This document shows positions 9,827 to 19,948 of a stretch of DNA of 53,455 nucleotides, piece by piece (position 1 is the stretch's first letter; each line of letters begins with the position of its first letter). The stretch is from NCBI GenBank assembly GCA_039185235.1, contig JBCDAS010000001.1, positions 1-53,455 of the forward strand. Reading direction: 5' to 3'. The notes beneath the pieces are model-generated. The model ran no database searches. It was given only the letters and a program-made list of their open reading frames with translations, and was not told the DNA's origin. The translations under genes and the position numbers were made by a program. The DNA comes from Pseudomonadota bacterium (lineage in GTDB: Bacteria > Pseudomonadota > Alphaproteobacteria > Rhodobacterales > Rhodobacteraceae).

Positions 9827-11181
9827 TCTGACACCTCTGGCAGCAAGCTTTGGATCCGGCGAGCAAGCCCTGCGGCGCCCGGGGTCTTCCTGCCCCGCAC
9901 CGCAGCCAGCGCCGAGCGGCGCAGCCCCGCGTCGACGACCACCCGAAACGCCGCATCGGTCAAACGAGGCTCGTCCAGCTTTGCCAAATGCGGTAGCAGC
10001 CGCCGTGCCAGCTCCGTGAGCTTTCCCTCCGCCGAGGCGCGCTTGCGGGCACGCTCCAAAGCCCGGATCGATGTGAGCGCCAAGGGTTTTCCGGATTTGG
10101 CGATCAACCCGCTGGCCACAAGCTCGTCTTGGATGGGTTCAAGCCGGGTATGGCCAAGCTCGGTCATCTCGCGCGCCAGCGCCTCGGCCCCGACCTGGTC
10201 GCCTAGCGCGATCAGGGCCCGCGCCCGCTCTCGGATATAGCCCGGCATCCCGGGGCAGGCTTGATCGGCGCGCATCGCGGCTTCCAAGGCCCGATCGAGC
10301 ACACCCGCCCGGCGCAACCCTTCGGCGCGCAAGGCTTGCCAGCCAGGATTGGCCCAATCGGGATCTTCATCGATCAAGCTCGTATCCCGCCAAATCCGCA
10401 CTTGGCGCAACTGCCGATAGGCCTCGTAGAACCGGGCGAACTGGGCGGGGCTGCCGATCTCGGCCGGATCCACCGCGAATCCCTTCTGCCGCACCAGCTC
10501 CAACCCGCGCTTCGGCGCGCGCAAGAGCGGGTGGTAATGCCGCCTGGCGGTCAGAAATTCCGTCACACCGTGATGATGCGGGACCGCGGCGATCTGCCCA
10601 TAGAACCCCTTCGCCTCGTCCAATCCCGCGAGAAACAGCGCATCGATTGCGTCATACCCACCGAACAGCGTCACCCCTGGCGTCTTTGGGGCAACCCTGC
10701 CGAACCGCTCGAAGAGATCGGCCCAACCCGGCATGGGAGTGACTTTGTTCTCCCGGCTCCGGGTTGCAGGCAGGCCCAAAACCGGCTCCGGACTGGTTGC
10801 GAGGAACTGACCCGCGCGATCAAAGCTATGGGCCAGCGCCAGGACCAGATAGGCGCCCATCGAGTGGCCGATGAAATGGGTGTGCTGAAACCCCTCACTC
10901 AGCCGTCCGACAGCTCCAATCAGCGCATCGATCGAGGCGAACTCCCCACCCACGCCGCGTTGATACCAGTCATTCCCGCGCACATTTAGAAACAGTTTCG
11001 CACCGCGCATCCGGCTCAGCCGCCGGCTCTGCGCGAATTTGCCGGGTGGCACATTCACATGCGAACAAACGACGGATAGCAGCCGATTGCCCTCCGTGCC
11101 CGGCTCGAACCTGACAAGCTCGGGATCGGCCCGGCCAAACAGTGTCTCGGCATCTCGCTCTATCCGGCCCAGTTGGCCCAT
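9823..11181 (-). CDS. Alpha/beta-hydrolase-like protein with a TPR-like C-terminal region, probably capsule-associated
   Basis: GHSMGAY nucleophile elbow, WYQRG, helical TPR-like C-terminus. GTGA overlap with the sulfotransferase gene. Start chosen at ATG 11181 after GAAGGA. Confidence 0.65.
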   Translation of the reverse strand: MGQLGRIERDAETLFGRADPELVRFEPGTEGNRLLSVVCSHVNVPPGKFAQSRRLSRMRGAKLFLNVRGNDWYQRGVGGEFASIDALIGAVGRLSEGFQHTHFIGHSMGAYLVLALAHSFDRAGQFLATSPEPVLGLPATRSRENKVTPMPGWADLFERFGRVAPKTPGVTLFGGYDAIDALFLAGLDEAKGFYGQIAAVPHHHGVTEFLTARRHYHPLLRAPKRGLELVRQKGFAVDPAEIGSPAQFARFYEAYRQLRQVRIWRDTSLIDEDPDWANPGWQALRAEGLRRAGVLDRALEAAMRADQACPGMPGYIRERARALIALGDQVGAEALAREMTELGHTRLEPIQDELVASGLIAKSGKPLALTSIRALERARKRASAEGKLTELARRLLPHLAKLDEPRLTDAAFRVVVDAGLRRSALAAVRGRKTPGAAGLARRIQSLLPEVSE

Positions 11182-11228
11182 GGTCGGTCCTTCATCTTCG
11201 TGGCCCGGGCCAAACTGCGCGGTCAGGC

Positions 11229-11243
11229 TTAACGTCGCTTTAA
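11229..11243. promoter_or_regulatory. CtrA-type binding site (TTAA-N7-TTAA)
   Basis: TTAA-CGTCGCT-TTAA, an exact consensus match in the divergent intergenic region ahead of kpsM. Confidence 0.55.
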
Positions 11244-11280
11244 GCGTGATTGGAGAATGTTCCCCCATCGTTCGACCCAG

Positions 11281-12072
11281 ATGAGACCGGCGCCAGAAAG
11301 GCCGCGATGGATGGCAACGCAGCTTCGGATCCTGTTCGCCCTAATGATGCGTGAGATGTCGACCCGGTTCGGCCGCTCGGCTGGTGGCTTCGTCTGGGCG
11401 TTTCTCGAGCCTGTGGGCTATATCACCCTTCTCTCGGTTGTGTTCGTCCTGCTCTCGCGCAGCCCGCCATTGGGGCAAAGCTTCCCGCTCTTCTTTGCCG
11501 CAGGCTTCCTGCCCTATTATGTGTTCCGCACGACCTCCGGCATGACGGCGACCGCGATCCGGTTCAACCAGGCGCTTTTGACCTATCCCAGCGTGACGCC
11601 GATCGACACGGCGCTGGCCCGGTTTTTACTGCAGTTCCTGACCACCGCGCTGATCACAATCCTAATCCTCTCCGCGCTTCTGGCCTGGCAGGGCGAATGG
11701 CCGGTGATCCGCCCGGTCTTCCTGATCCAGGCCTTTTTGCTGGCCTCTTTGCTGGGCCTCGGGATTGGCCTTTTGAACGCGGTTCTCTTCTGCTTCTCCC
11801 CGACATGGGAGCGGGTCTATGGCATCCTCACCCAACCGCTCTTCATCATTTCGGGCATCTTCTATCTGGCCGATCTGTTGCCGGCCGAAGTCCGCGATCC
11901 CCTGCATTGGAACCCGATCGTGCATCTGGTTGCGATCATGCGCAAAGGGGTCTTTGCCCATTACGACGCCCCGCAGGCGGAGCCGCTCTATGTCTTTGTG
12001 ATCGCGGCCTTTTGCCTTCTGCCTGGGCTGTTCTTCCTAAGGGCCTTCCGCGCGAGGTTGACCGAGCAATGA
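11281..12072 (+). CDS. kpsM: Capsule ABC transporter permease KpsM
   Basis: ALMMREMSTRFG..GGFVWAFLEP, SGIFY, WNPIVHL. Start could be 11257, 11281 or 11311. Confidence 0.92.
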   Translation: MRPAPERPRWMATQLRILFALMMREMSTRFGRSAGGFVWAFLEPVGYITLLSVVFVLLSRSPPLGQSFPLFFAAGFLPYYVFRTTSGMTATAIRFNQALLTYPSVTPIDTALARFLLQFLTTALITILILSALLAWQGEWPVIRPVFLIQAFLLASLLGLGIGLLNAVLFCFSPTWERVYGILTQPLFIISGIFYLADLLPAEVRDPLHWNPIVHLVAIMRKGVFAHYDAPQAEPLYVFVIAAFCLLPGLFFLRAFRARLTEQ

Positions 12073-12761
12073 TCGAACTCCACGAGGTTGTGAAGGAATA
12101 TCCTGTACCCGGCGGGCGGCGGCGGATCCTTGATCGGGTCTCGGCCACTCTTCCCGGCGATCGCAACATTGCGCTATTGGGGCGAAACGGGGCGGGCAAG
12201 TCGACACTGATGCGCCTGATCGCGGGCACGGTCGAGCCGGATGACGGCCAGATTGTCCGCCATGCCCGCATCTCCTGGCCGCTCGGCGACAAGGGCGGGC
12301 TGCACCGCACGCTCACGGGTGCGCAAAATACGGCCTTTGTCGCGCGCATTTACGATCGCGACCCGCAGGAGCTTTTGACCTTTGTCGAAACCTTCGCCGA
12401 GCTTGGCAATTACCTCCATGTCCCCGTGCAGAACTACTCCAGCGGGATGCGCGGGCGGCTTGCCTTTGGCCTCAGCCTCGGCATCGATTTTGACACCTAT
12501 CTGATCGACGAGATCATCGGCGCGGGCGATGCCCGCTTTCGCCAGAAATGCCGCGATTGGCTGCGCGCGCGGCTTGGCCACGCGAATCTCATCATGGTCT
12601 CCCACAACGTCAACATGATCCGCAGCTTTTGCGATGCGGGCGTGGTGATCGAGCAAGGCCAGCTCTTCTTCTACGAAGATATCGAGGACGCCATCGCCGC
12701 CCATCTCTTCCACCTCAATGTCGAGGTTAGCCGTCCAGCCCCAGCGACCGAGGACGCCTGA
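12069..12761 (+). CDS. kpsT: Capsule ABC transporter ATPase KpsT
   Basis: MIELHEVVKEY, GRNGAGKST, YSSGMRGRLAF, YLIDE, VSH. ATGA overlap with kpsM. Confidence 0.95.
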   Translation: MIELHEVVKEYPVPGGRRRILDRVSATLPGDRNIALLGRNGAGKSTLMRLIAGTVEPDDGQIVRHARISWPLGDKGGLHRTLTGAQNTAFVARIYDRDPQELLTFVETFAELGNYLHVPVQNYSSGMRGRLAFGLSLGIDFDTYLIDEIIGAGDARFRQKCRDWLRARLGHANLIMVSHNVNMIRSFCDAGVVIEQGQLFFYEDIEDAIAAHLFHLNVEVSRPAPATEDA

Positions 12762-13996
12762 TGAACGCACCGACCACGCTCCCCGCCAAGCCGCGCAAAA
12801 GGCAGAGCCCAGCCCAGCCAAGGGCCGAGGCTGAGCCGATTCCAACACCCGCCGCGATCCCGCTCAGCGGTGTGCCACGGCGTCGGCGTCGCTGGCGCGG
12901 GCCACTGATGTTTCTTCTTTGCGTGATGGTGCCGTGGTTCTTTGCGACCGAGTATCTCTACCTCAAAGCCGCCGACCAATACGCCTCTACCCTGGCGTTT
13001 TCCGTGCGCAGCGGCACCGGCCCCCAGGCGAGCCAAACGCCGGATCTGATGGGCGCGCTCTCCAGCGGCTCGACACCTCTGATGGCGACCGAAAGCTATG
13101 TCGTCTACGACTACCTGCGCAGCCAGCAAATCGTCGAAGCGGTGAATGGCGATCTCGACCTCTATCGGGTCTTCACTCAGAACCGCGAGGATTGGGTCTT
13201 CTCGCTCGGGCCCAATGCCACCATCGAGGATCTGACCCGCTATTGGGATTGGCAAGTGCCAGTGGTCTATGACACGCTTTCGGGCATCGTCAGCGTCGAG
13301 GTGCGCAGTTTCGACCGCGAAAGCGCGACTGCCATCGCGCAATCGATCCTCAAGCATTCCAGCGCCCTGGTGAATGAGATCAGCCGGGCGGCCCGCGAAG
13401 ACACGGTCGGCTTTGCCAAGGCCGAGCTCGCCCGCGCGGGCATCCGCCTCTCCGAAATACGCGGCCAGATCCGCGAATACCGCGAGTTGGAGCAAAAGGC
13501 GAATGCCCAAGGCCAGCTCTCGATCGCGACCGATCTGATCGGCTCGCTCGAATCGGAACTGGCCGAAGCGCGCGTCGATCTGAAACTTGCCGAGAGCTAC
13601 ACGCGCGAGAATGACCCCCGCATCCTGCGCCTGACCAACAAGATCGAGGTTCTCGAAGAGCGCATCGCCGAGGAACGCCGCCGCTTTGGCGCGGGCAATG
13701 CCGCCGCAGCCCAGGATCAGAAATCCCTGGCGGATCTCTTGGGCGATTTCGAAGAGCTGGAAGTCGAGCGCGAATTCGCCGAGACCGCCTATACCAACGC
13801 CATGGCAGGGCTGCAGACCGCCAATGCCGATGCCAGACGCACTCAGCGCTACTTGGCCGTCCATATCCAGCCCACCAAGGCCGAGGCCGCGAGCTATCCC
13901 CAACGCCCGCTGCTCTCGGCCATGGCCTTCGGTGCCCTGGTCTTGATCTGGGGGGTCGGCACGCTGGTCCTCACCAATCTCAGGGATCGCGGCTGA
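12761..13996 (+). CDS. kpsE: Capsule export polysaccharide co-polymerase KpsE
   Basis: Two TM segments flanking a coiled coil; AADQYAS...FSVRS, YLRS, YP.R; directly follows kpsT. Confidence 0.9.
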   Translation: MNAPTTLPAKPRKRQSPAQPRAEAEPIPTPAAIPLSGVPRRRRRWRGPLMFLLCVMVPWFFATEYLYLKAADQYASTLAFSVRSGTGPQASQTPDLMGALSSGSTPLMATESYVVYDYLRSQQIVEAVNGDLDLYRVFTQNREDWVFSLGPNATIEDLTRYWDWQVPVVYDTLSGIVSVEVRSFDRESATAIAQSILKHSSALVNEISRAAREDTVGFAKAELARAGIRLSEIRGQIREYRELEQKANAQGQLSIATDLIGSLESELAEARVDLKLAESYTRENDPRILRLTNKIEVLEERIAEERRRFGAGNAAAAQDQKSLADLLGDFEELEVEREFAETAYTNAMAGLQTANADARRTQRYLAVHIQPTKAEAASYPQRPLLSAMAFGALVLIWGVGTLVLTNLRDRG

Positions 13997-15483
13997 TGCG
14001 CGGGATTGGCTCGAGACTGCGCCCGATCCTGCCCGCCCCGGTCGCGGGCTGGCCGCTGATCGCCTTTCGCGGCACGCGCCCGCTTTGGAGTGCGGCCGAG
14101 GCGGAGGCCGCCCTCGGCCAGATCCGCGAGCAGTATCTTTTCTGGCCCACGCCCAGGCATGATGCGCTCTCCACGGCTCAGGTGAAACTCACGGGTTCTG
14201 CCCGCAAACCCAGCAGCGCCGCTGGCCTGCCGCTCGCCCAACTCGATCCCAGGGCGTTGACAGCGATCGAGGCGCCAGAGCCGCATCCCGGGCGCGATTG
14301 GGCGCGGCTCGCCGGGCTCAGCGGCACCGAGGCCGAGGCCCTCACCCTCCTACAATCCAGCCGCTGGCGCTGCCCTTGGCGCGGGATCGAGACGGATCTC
14401 GCCTCGGGCCTCGAGGCGCTGATCTTCCTCCATTCAACCGCCCGCGAATGCGCCCGGCCGCATGCAACCCGCGGCTTCTCGCGCTGGAAGCGCCGGGCGA
14501 TCACGCCATTCCTCACCGGGCCCCACGGCCCGCCGCGCCACCTCACCAATGCCGAGCCCATGCCCGAAGGCATGATCGAAATCGGCTGGGGCCAGCGCCC
14601 CGGCGCCACCGGTTGGACGGCGGAGGACGGGTTCCTCCGCTCCATCGGTCTTGGCGTGCGCGACGTGCTGCCTGCCTCACTTGTGTTTGCCCGCGGACGG
14701 CTCCACTATGATGCGACCGGGGCCAATGCTTTGGACAAGCTGGTCGCGCGCGGGCCAATCCCACTGCCCCTGATCGCCCGCGCCAGGCACCTCCGCCGCC
14801 AGATCCTCGCGGCAGCCCTGACCAAATACAACCAACCGGCCAAGGCGCCTGCGCTGCCGCGCCTGCACGACCGGCTCGCCGTTCTGGTCCCGGGCCAGGT
14901 GGAAAGCGACGCCTCCCTCCTCACTGGCAGCCCCGGCATCCGGACCAATCGCGGCCTGCTGGAAGCCGCCCGTGCCCGGTTCCCTGAGGCGTTTTTGCTC
15001 TACAAACCCCACCCGGATGTGGAAACCGGCCTCCGCCCGGGCCGCATCCCGGAAGAGGATCTGACCCGCCTCGCCGATGCGGTGACCACCGACCCGTCGC
15101 CCCTGCCCGGGATTTCCTGGTGCGACCGGGTCGTCACCATGACCTCGCAACTGGGCTTCGAGGCGCTCTTGCGCGCCAAACCAGTCACCACCCTGGGCCG
15201 TCCCTTCTATGCCGGATGGGGCCTGACCGAGGATCTCGACCCGCCTGAGCGCCCGGGCCAACTCACTTTGGACGAACTGGTTGCCGCCGCCCTGATCCTC
15301 TACCCCCGCTATATCGACCCGATCAGCCGCCTGCCCGCGCCCGTCGAGATTGCCGTCGAGGGGTTGGAGCGCCTCAACCGCAACCAAAACCGCCCATTGG
15401 CCCGGCTCGGGCGGCTCGCCCGCCTGATCCGCTCGGAAATTCTCAACGCACCGGAGGCCCCGAAATGGCGACCCAGCCGATGA
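13996..15483 (+). CDS. kpsC: KpsC-like beta-Kdo transferase (only the C-terminal domain is clearly intact)
   Basis: EDGFLRSIGLG, YDAT, TKYN, PGQVESDAS, YKPHPD, TMTSQLGFEALL, PFYAGWGLT, ILYPRY. Confidence 0.85.
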   Translation: MRGIGSRLRPILPAPVAGWPLIAFRGTRPLWSAAEAEAALGQIREQYLFWPTPRHDALSTAQVKLTGSARKPSSAAGLPLAQLDPRALTAIEAPEPHPGRDWARLAGLSGTEAEALTLLQSSRWRCPWRGIETDLASGLEALIFLHSTARECARPHATRGFSRWKRRAITPFLTGPHGPPRHLTNAEPMPEGMIEIGWGQRPGATGWTAEDGFLRSIGLGVRDVLPASLVFARGRLHYDATGANALDKLVARGPIPLPLIARARHLRRQILAAALTKYNQPAKAPALPRLHDRLAVLVPGQVESDASLLTGSPGIRTNRGLLEAARARFPEAFLLYKPHPDVETGLRPGRIPEEDLTRLADAVTTDPSPLPGISWCDRVVTMTSQLGFEALLRAKPVTTLGRPFYAGWGLTEDLDPPERPGQLTLDELVAAALILYPRYIDPISRLPAPVEIAVEGLERLNRNQNRPLARLGRLARLIRSEILNAPEAPKWRPSR

Positions 15484-16706
15484 CCGACCACCCAATCCTG
15501 ATCGTCTCTGTCGATGCCTTCCCAAAGATGGGCGGGATCTCGACCATGACCCATCACATGGCCAATGCCTTTGCCGCCAGACCCGGCGGGGCGATCCTGC
15601 TTGCGCCCAAAGGCAGCCATGTCCCCCCGCCGTTCGAGCGTCACTACGCCCTGGCCGAGGATTTCGAGTCCGATCTCACCGCCCGCGAAGGGGCCGCGGC
15701 CCTGGCCGAGGATGATCGGATCGAACGCCTTACCCGCGAAATTCTCAACACCGAGCGCCCGCGCCGCGTGCTCCTGATGCACGCCTTCCACTATGGAACT
15801 GGCGCGCTGGCGGCAGCTCGGGCGATGCAGATCCCGCTCTCGGTCTATGTTCACGGCACCGAGTTCACCAGCCAGGTCAGCCACCCCTCCCGGCTGCGCG
15901 ATCCAAGCGGCCTCGGCGCGCGGCTGCTGCGCACACTCTCCGGTGCGGACGAGATCCTGACCAACAGCCACCATACCGCCAGCCTCGTCTCGGTCACCGG
16001 GCGCAAGGCCAGCGCCACCGGGGTTGGCCTGCCCCGCTCCGTCGTCGCGGCAGAGCGGCGCAACTCGCCCCTGTTCGAGCATGCCCAGCGCCGCGCAAGG
16101 CGCCGCGCGATCGGCCTGCCGGACGCGCCTCTCTTTGGCTATATCGGCCGTCTGGTCGTAAACAAACGCATCGATCGGATGTTCGAGATCGCCCGGCATG
16201 TGCCGGATGCCACCTGTGTGATCGGCGGCACTGGCCCGATCGAGGCGGATCTGGCGGCCCGGGCCAAAGCGCTTGGCATCCAAGATCGGGTGCTCTTCCT
16301 GGGCACCCTGTCCGAGGCGGATAAGTGGCGCCTGCTCCGCGCCCTGGATTTTGCTTTCCTGCTCTCAGAACATGACCCAAAGACCGGCGCCTATGAAGGG
16401 TTCGGCATCGCCATGCTCGAGGCCGCCGCCGCAGGCGCGGTGCCTGTGACCACGGGCACCGATGGGATGGCTGATTTCGCGGGCGCCCCCTGGCATGGCG
16501 CCCTGCGCATCCCAGCCACGCCGTGGCAACCGGCGCGCCATGCCAACACGCTCTCCACCCTCTTGGCTCAAGAGCAAAGTATGGATGCCCTGGTCCGCCG
16601 TGGCCGACGCGCCATCGACGAGGCCTTCACCTGGGAGCAGATCGCCCGCCAGCTCGACCAAGGCTGGGCCACCCCGCAACCCATGGAACTTGCCCGTGCA
16701 GGATAG
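15480..16706 (+). CDS. Glycosyltransferase family 4
   Basis: FP..GGIS, HGTE, GRLVVNKRID, EGFGIAMLEA. Confidence 0.9.
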   Translation: MTDHPILIVSVDAFPKMGGISTMTHHMANAFAARPGGAILLAPKGSHVPPPFERHYALAEDFESDLTAREGAAALAEDDRIERLTREILNTERPRRVLLMHAFHYGTGALAAARAMQIPLSVYVHGTEFTSQVSHPSRLRDPSGLGARLLRTLSGADEILTNSHHTASLVSVTGRKASATGVGLPRSVVAAERRNSPLFEHAQRRARRRAIGLPDAPLFGYIGRLVVNKRIDRMFEIARHVPDATCVIGGTGPIEADLAARAKALGIQDRVLFLGTLSEADKWRLLRALDFAFLLSEHDPKTGAYEGFGIAMLEAAAAGAVPVTTGTDGMADFAGAPWHGALRIPATPWQPARHANTLSTLLAQEQSMDALVRRGRRAIDEAFTWEQIARQLDQGWATPQPMELARAG

Positions 16707-18147
16707 CCTGAAAGCGATCCTCGCGGTCGCACCGCATCGCGATCTCTTGGTGCTGAGCGACCGCTACCCGCCAGATGCAATCGGCGGGGCCGAGATCAGC
16801 CTGCATCTCTGCCTCAGCCAGGCCGCGCTCAAACACCGCGCCCTGGTTACCGTCTTCTCGGACAAGATCGAGGCGCCGGAGATCTATTGGCAAGATGGTG
16901 TCCCGGTCCTCAAATTGCCCGATGGCGACCCCTGGCCGGTCCATGCAGGAGCGGCAGGCCAACACCGCGCCTGGGCAAAACGCGGAAGGTTTAGTCAGCG
17001 GGCCTATGAAGTCTTTGCAGGCACAAGGTTCTTGGCAACAGGCGGACCGATCTCACAGGCACCGGATCGCGCCACAGCGCTCTGGCTTGAATTCAATGCC
17101 AGGCCCCGGGGCGGCGTCGCCAAGGATTTCTCACTGGGTGCTGACTGGGTGCGCCGCCGGATGATCCGCGCGCTTTGCCAGGCAATGGCCCCGAAAACCG
17201 TATTGCTCGACAACTATCGCAGCATCCTGCTCGCCCCAGATATCCGCAAAACCCTGCCGGGCGCGGATCTAATCGGTGTGGTCCGCGACAACCGCTTCAC
17301 CTGCGCCCGCCATGACCAGGCGCAAAGCATCAATGGCAAGGCTTGTGCCAAATGCACGCTCGCCTGCGCCGAGGACGACAGCAAACGCTTCTCCGAATTC
17401 CACCACCGCCATCTCGAGCTCAGCCGCAGCATGCGCCAAACCGCACTCGCCGCGGTCGACCGCGCGATTGTCACCAGCGCGTTTCTCGAGAAAGGCATCA
17501 CCGCACTCGGTCTCGGCCTCAGGATCGAGCGGATCCCAAACCCAGGCGGGCGGCTGGAGGAAGTGGCCGATTTCATGCGCGGTATCGCCGAATGGCCGGG
17601 CGAACATCTCCTGATGATCGGCATGCTCAACGAGAACAAGGGCCAGCTGCAATTCCTCGAAAACGCCGCCAATTGGCTCAAATCCAACCCCAACCGCCAG
17701 ATCCATCTCGCTGGGCGCGGCGACCGGATTGCCGAGCAGATCCGCGCCTTAGCAGCGCGCGAGGGGCTTGAGCAGCAGATCCGCCTGCATGGCTATCTCA
17801 ACCGCCGCGCGCTCTTCCAATTGACCCGGCGCTGCCAGATCGTGCTGGCGCCAACCGTCTGGCCCGAACCCTTCGGCCGGGTCCCGCTCGAGGCCGGCCT
17901 TGCCCGGCGCCCGATCATCGCCTTTGCCCGTGGTGGGCTCTGCGAGACGATCCGCTCCGGCCAGACTGGGTTCCTGATCCCTCCCGGCGACTATCCCGCC
18001 ATGCTGGCCCAGGCGGACGCGCTACTCGCCGATCCCGCGCTCTGCCATCGGATCGGTGAGGCCGCCCATGCCCATGTCGCCCAACGTTATGGGCTCGACA
18101 CCATAATCGAGGCCCTCACCAAGACCCTGGCCCCCGCGCCCGCATAA
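16696..18147 (+). CDS. Glycosyltransferase family 4 with a Cys-rich insert
   Basis: Probable GTG start at 16696; [27 protein letters not shown]. Confidence 0.85.
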   Translation: MQDSLKAILAVAPHRDLLVLSDRYPPDAIGGAEISLHLCLSQAALKHRALVTVFSDKIEAPEIYWQDGVPVLKLPDGDPWPVHAGAAGQHRAWAKRGRFSQRAYEVFAGTRFLATGGPISQAPDRATALWLEFNARPRGGVAKDFSLGADWVRRRMIRALCQAMAPKTVLLDNYRSILLAPDIRKTLPGADLIGVVRDNRFTCARHDQAQSINGKACAKCTLACAEDDSKRFSEFHHRHLELSRSMRQTALAAVDRAIVTSAFLEKGITALGLGLRIERIPNPGGRLEEVADFMRGIAEWPGEHLLMIGMLNENKGQLQFLENAANWLKSNPNRQIHLAGRGDRIAEQIRALAAREGLEQQIRLHGYLNRRALFQLTRRCQIVLAPTVWPEPFGRVPLEAGLARRPIIAFARGGLCETIRSGQTGFLIPPGDYPAMLAQADALLADPALCHRIGEAAHAHVAQRYGLDTIIEALTKTLAPAPA

Positions 18148-18202
18148 CTCTGGCCAGCCTCAGGGATTGCCTGTAACACTCTCGCCAAAAGCGAGAGGTG
18201 CC

Positions 18203-18637
18203 ATGACCGCCATCCACATTCTCAACGGGCCCAACCTGAACCTGCTCGGCACGCGGGAGCCGGAGCTCTATGGCTCCGACACCCTCGCTGATATCGAGGC
18301 CGCCTGCCGGATCCGCGCGAATGCGCATGGCCAGGATCTCACCTTCCGCCAGACCAATAGCGAAGGCCAGCTGGTCACCTGGATCCAAGAGGCCCGCGGC
18401 ACAGCCGATGCGCTGATCCTGAACGCAGCAGCCTACACCCATAGCTCGGTGGCGATCCTCGATGCGCTCAAGATGTTCGACGGGCTGAAGATCGAGCTCC
18501 ACCTCACCAACCCCCACCAGCGCGAGGCGTTCCGCCACACCTCGTTTGTCTCGCCTGCCGCCAATGGCGTCATCGCAGGTTTTGGCGCCGCTGGCTACAC
18601 GCTCGCGCTCGACGCGGTCGCAGCCAAGCTGGGCTAG
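18203..18637 (+). CDS. aroQ: Type II 3-dehydroquinate dehydratase
   Basis: [33 protein letters not shown]...REAFRH. Confidence 0.96.
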   Translation: MTAIHILNGPNLNLLGTREPELYGSDTLADIEAACRIRANAHGQDLTFRQTNSEGQLVTWIQEARGTADALILNAAAYTHSSVAILDALKMFDGLKIELHLTNPHQREAFRHTSFVSPAANGVIAGFGAAGYTLALDAVAAKLG

Positions 18638-18641
18638 GGCG

Positions 18642-19691
18642 ATGGAAATGGTCACCGTCTTTGACGGCCATAACGACACGCTCCTCAAACTCGAACTGGC
18701 CGGGCGGCGGGGCACGCCCTTCGACTTCACTGTGGAGAATGGAGCCGATCTCGATATCGACCTGCCAAGGGCTCTCGAGAGCGGTTTTGGCGGGGGCTTC
18801 TTTGCGATGTTCTCGCCCAAGACCGATGGCAAGCTCGATGCTGATTTCGACCCAGGCGATCCAACGCATTTCGAGCCGGTCTCCCAGGCCCGGGCGCTCG
18901 AGATCACCCTGGCCATGTTCGCCCGGATGCGCCGCCTGGCCAGAGGCCATGCCGCTCAGCTTGCCCTGACCCGCTCGACTGCCGAGATCCGCGCTGCCAT
19001 GGCAGCGGGGCGCATCGCCATCCTGCCCCATATCGAAGGCGCGGAGTGCATCGACCCGGATCTGGCGATCTTGGAGGTCCTGCATGCCGCTGGCCTGCGC
19101 TCGCTCGGCCTGGTCTGGTCGCGCCCGAACATCTTCGGCCACGGGGCGCCAATGAACGCACAACCCGATCTCGATCCAGGTGAAGGCCTGACCGATGCAG
19201 GCCGCGCCCTGGTGCGCGCCTGCAATGAACTCGGCGTTATGATCGATCTCAGTCACTTGACCGAACGTGGCTTTTGGGACGTGGCCGAGATCTCTCAACG
19301 CCCCTTGGTCGCAACCCACTCCAATATTCACGCGATCTCTCCCAGCGCGCGCAACCTGACCGATGACCAGCTCCTCGCAGTGGCCGAGACCGGTGGGGTC
19401 GTTGGGCTCAACTTCAACTGCTCCTTCCTGCGACCTGACTGCGCCGATGACACGGATGTGCCGATCACGCTGATGCTCCGCCATATCGACCATATGCTGG
19501 AGATCCTGGGCGAGGAGGGGGTGGCGCTCGGCTCAGACTATGACGGCTGTCTGCTGCCGGCCGAGATCAAGGACGTCACGGGCCTGCCACGGCTAATCGC
19601 AGGCATGCGCCTTGCGGGCTATGGCGAAGCGCTGATCACCAAAATCTGCCGCGAGAATTGGCTGAGCGTGCTGGATCGCACAGGGATCTAA
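18642..19691 (+). CDS. Membrane dipeptidase family (peptidase M19)
   Basis: DGHND, HIEGAE, IDLSHL, ATHSN, GSDYDG. Confidence 0.92.
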   Translation: MEMVTVFDGHNDTLLKLELAGRRGTPFDFTVENGADLDIDLPRALESGFGGGFFAMFSPKTDGKLDADFDPGDPTHFEPVSQARALEITLAMFARMRRLARGHAAQLALTRSTAEIRAAMAAGRIAILPHIEGAECIDPDLAILEVLHAAGLRSLGLVWSRPNIFGHGAPMNAQPDLDPGEGLTDAGRALVRACNELGVMIDLSHLTERGFWDVAEISQRPLVATHSNIHAISPSARNLTDDQLLAVAETGGVVGLNFNCSFLRPDCADDTDVPITLMLRHIDHMLEILGEEGVALGSDYDGCLLPAEIKDVTGLPRLIAGMRLAGYGEALITKICRENWLSVLDRTGI

Positions 19692-19731
19692 CCGATCCAA
19701 CCTGGCCCATCAGGAGACCATCGCGCTGACG

Positions 19732-19913
19732 AACCAAACGGAATGCGGCTTGCGCCGCATACACCTATATTTGGCGCCCTCCCGGGCGCATTGGCCCCAG
19801 TCGGACTGCTCTCGCATAACTCTGAGCTAAGCGCCGGGCATCCCGCTTCGCGTCTACGCGAAGGTGGCGAGCTTTGCTCGCCGAGGGCCCGTCAGGGCTC
19901 CGGGATGCTTGCG
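19732..19913 (+). repeat. ~180-bp structured intergenic repeat, copy 3 (divergent 3' half)
   Basis: First ~105 nt match the other copies. The 3' half differs in sequence but keeps the same four stems through compensatory changes. Confidence 0.93.
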
Positions 19914-19948
19914 CAACGTTAGAGCTTCCTGGCAGTCTGTTAGCGAGA

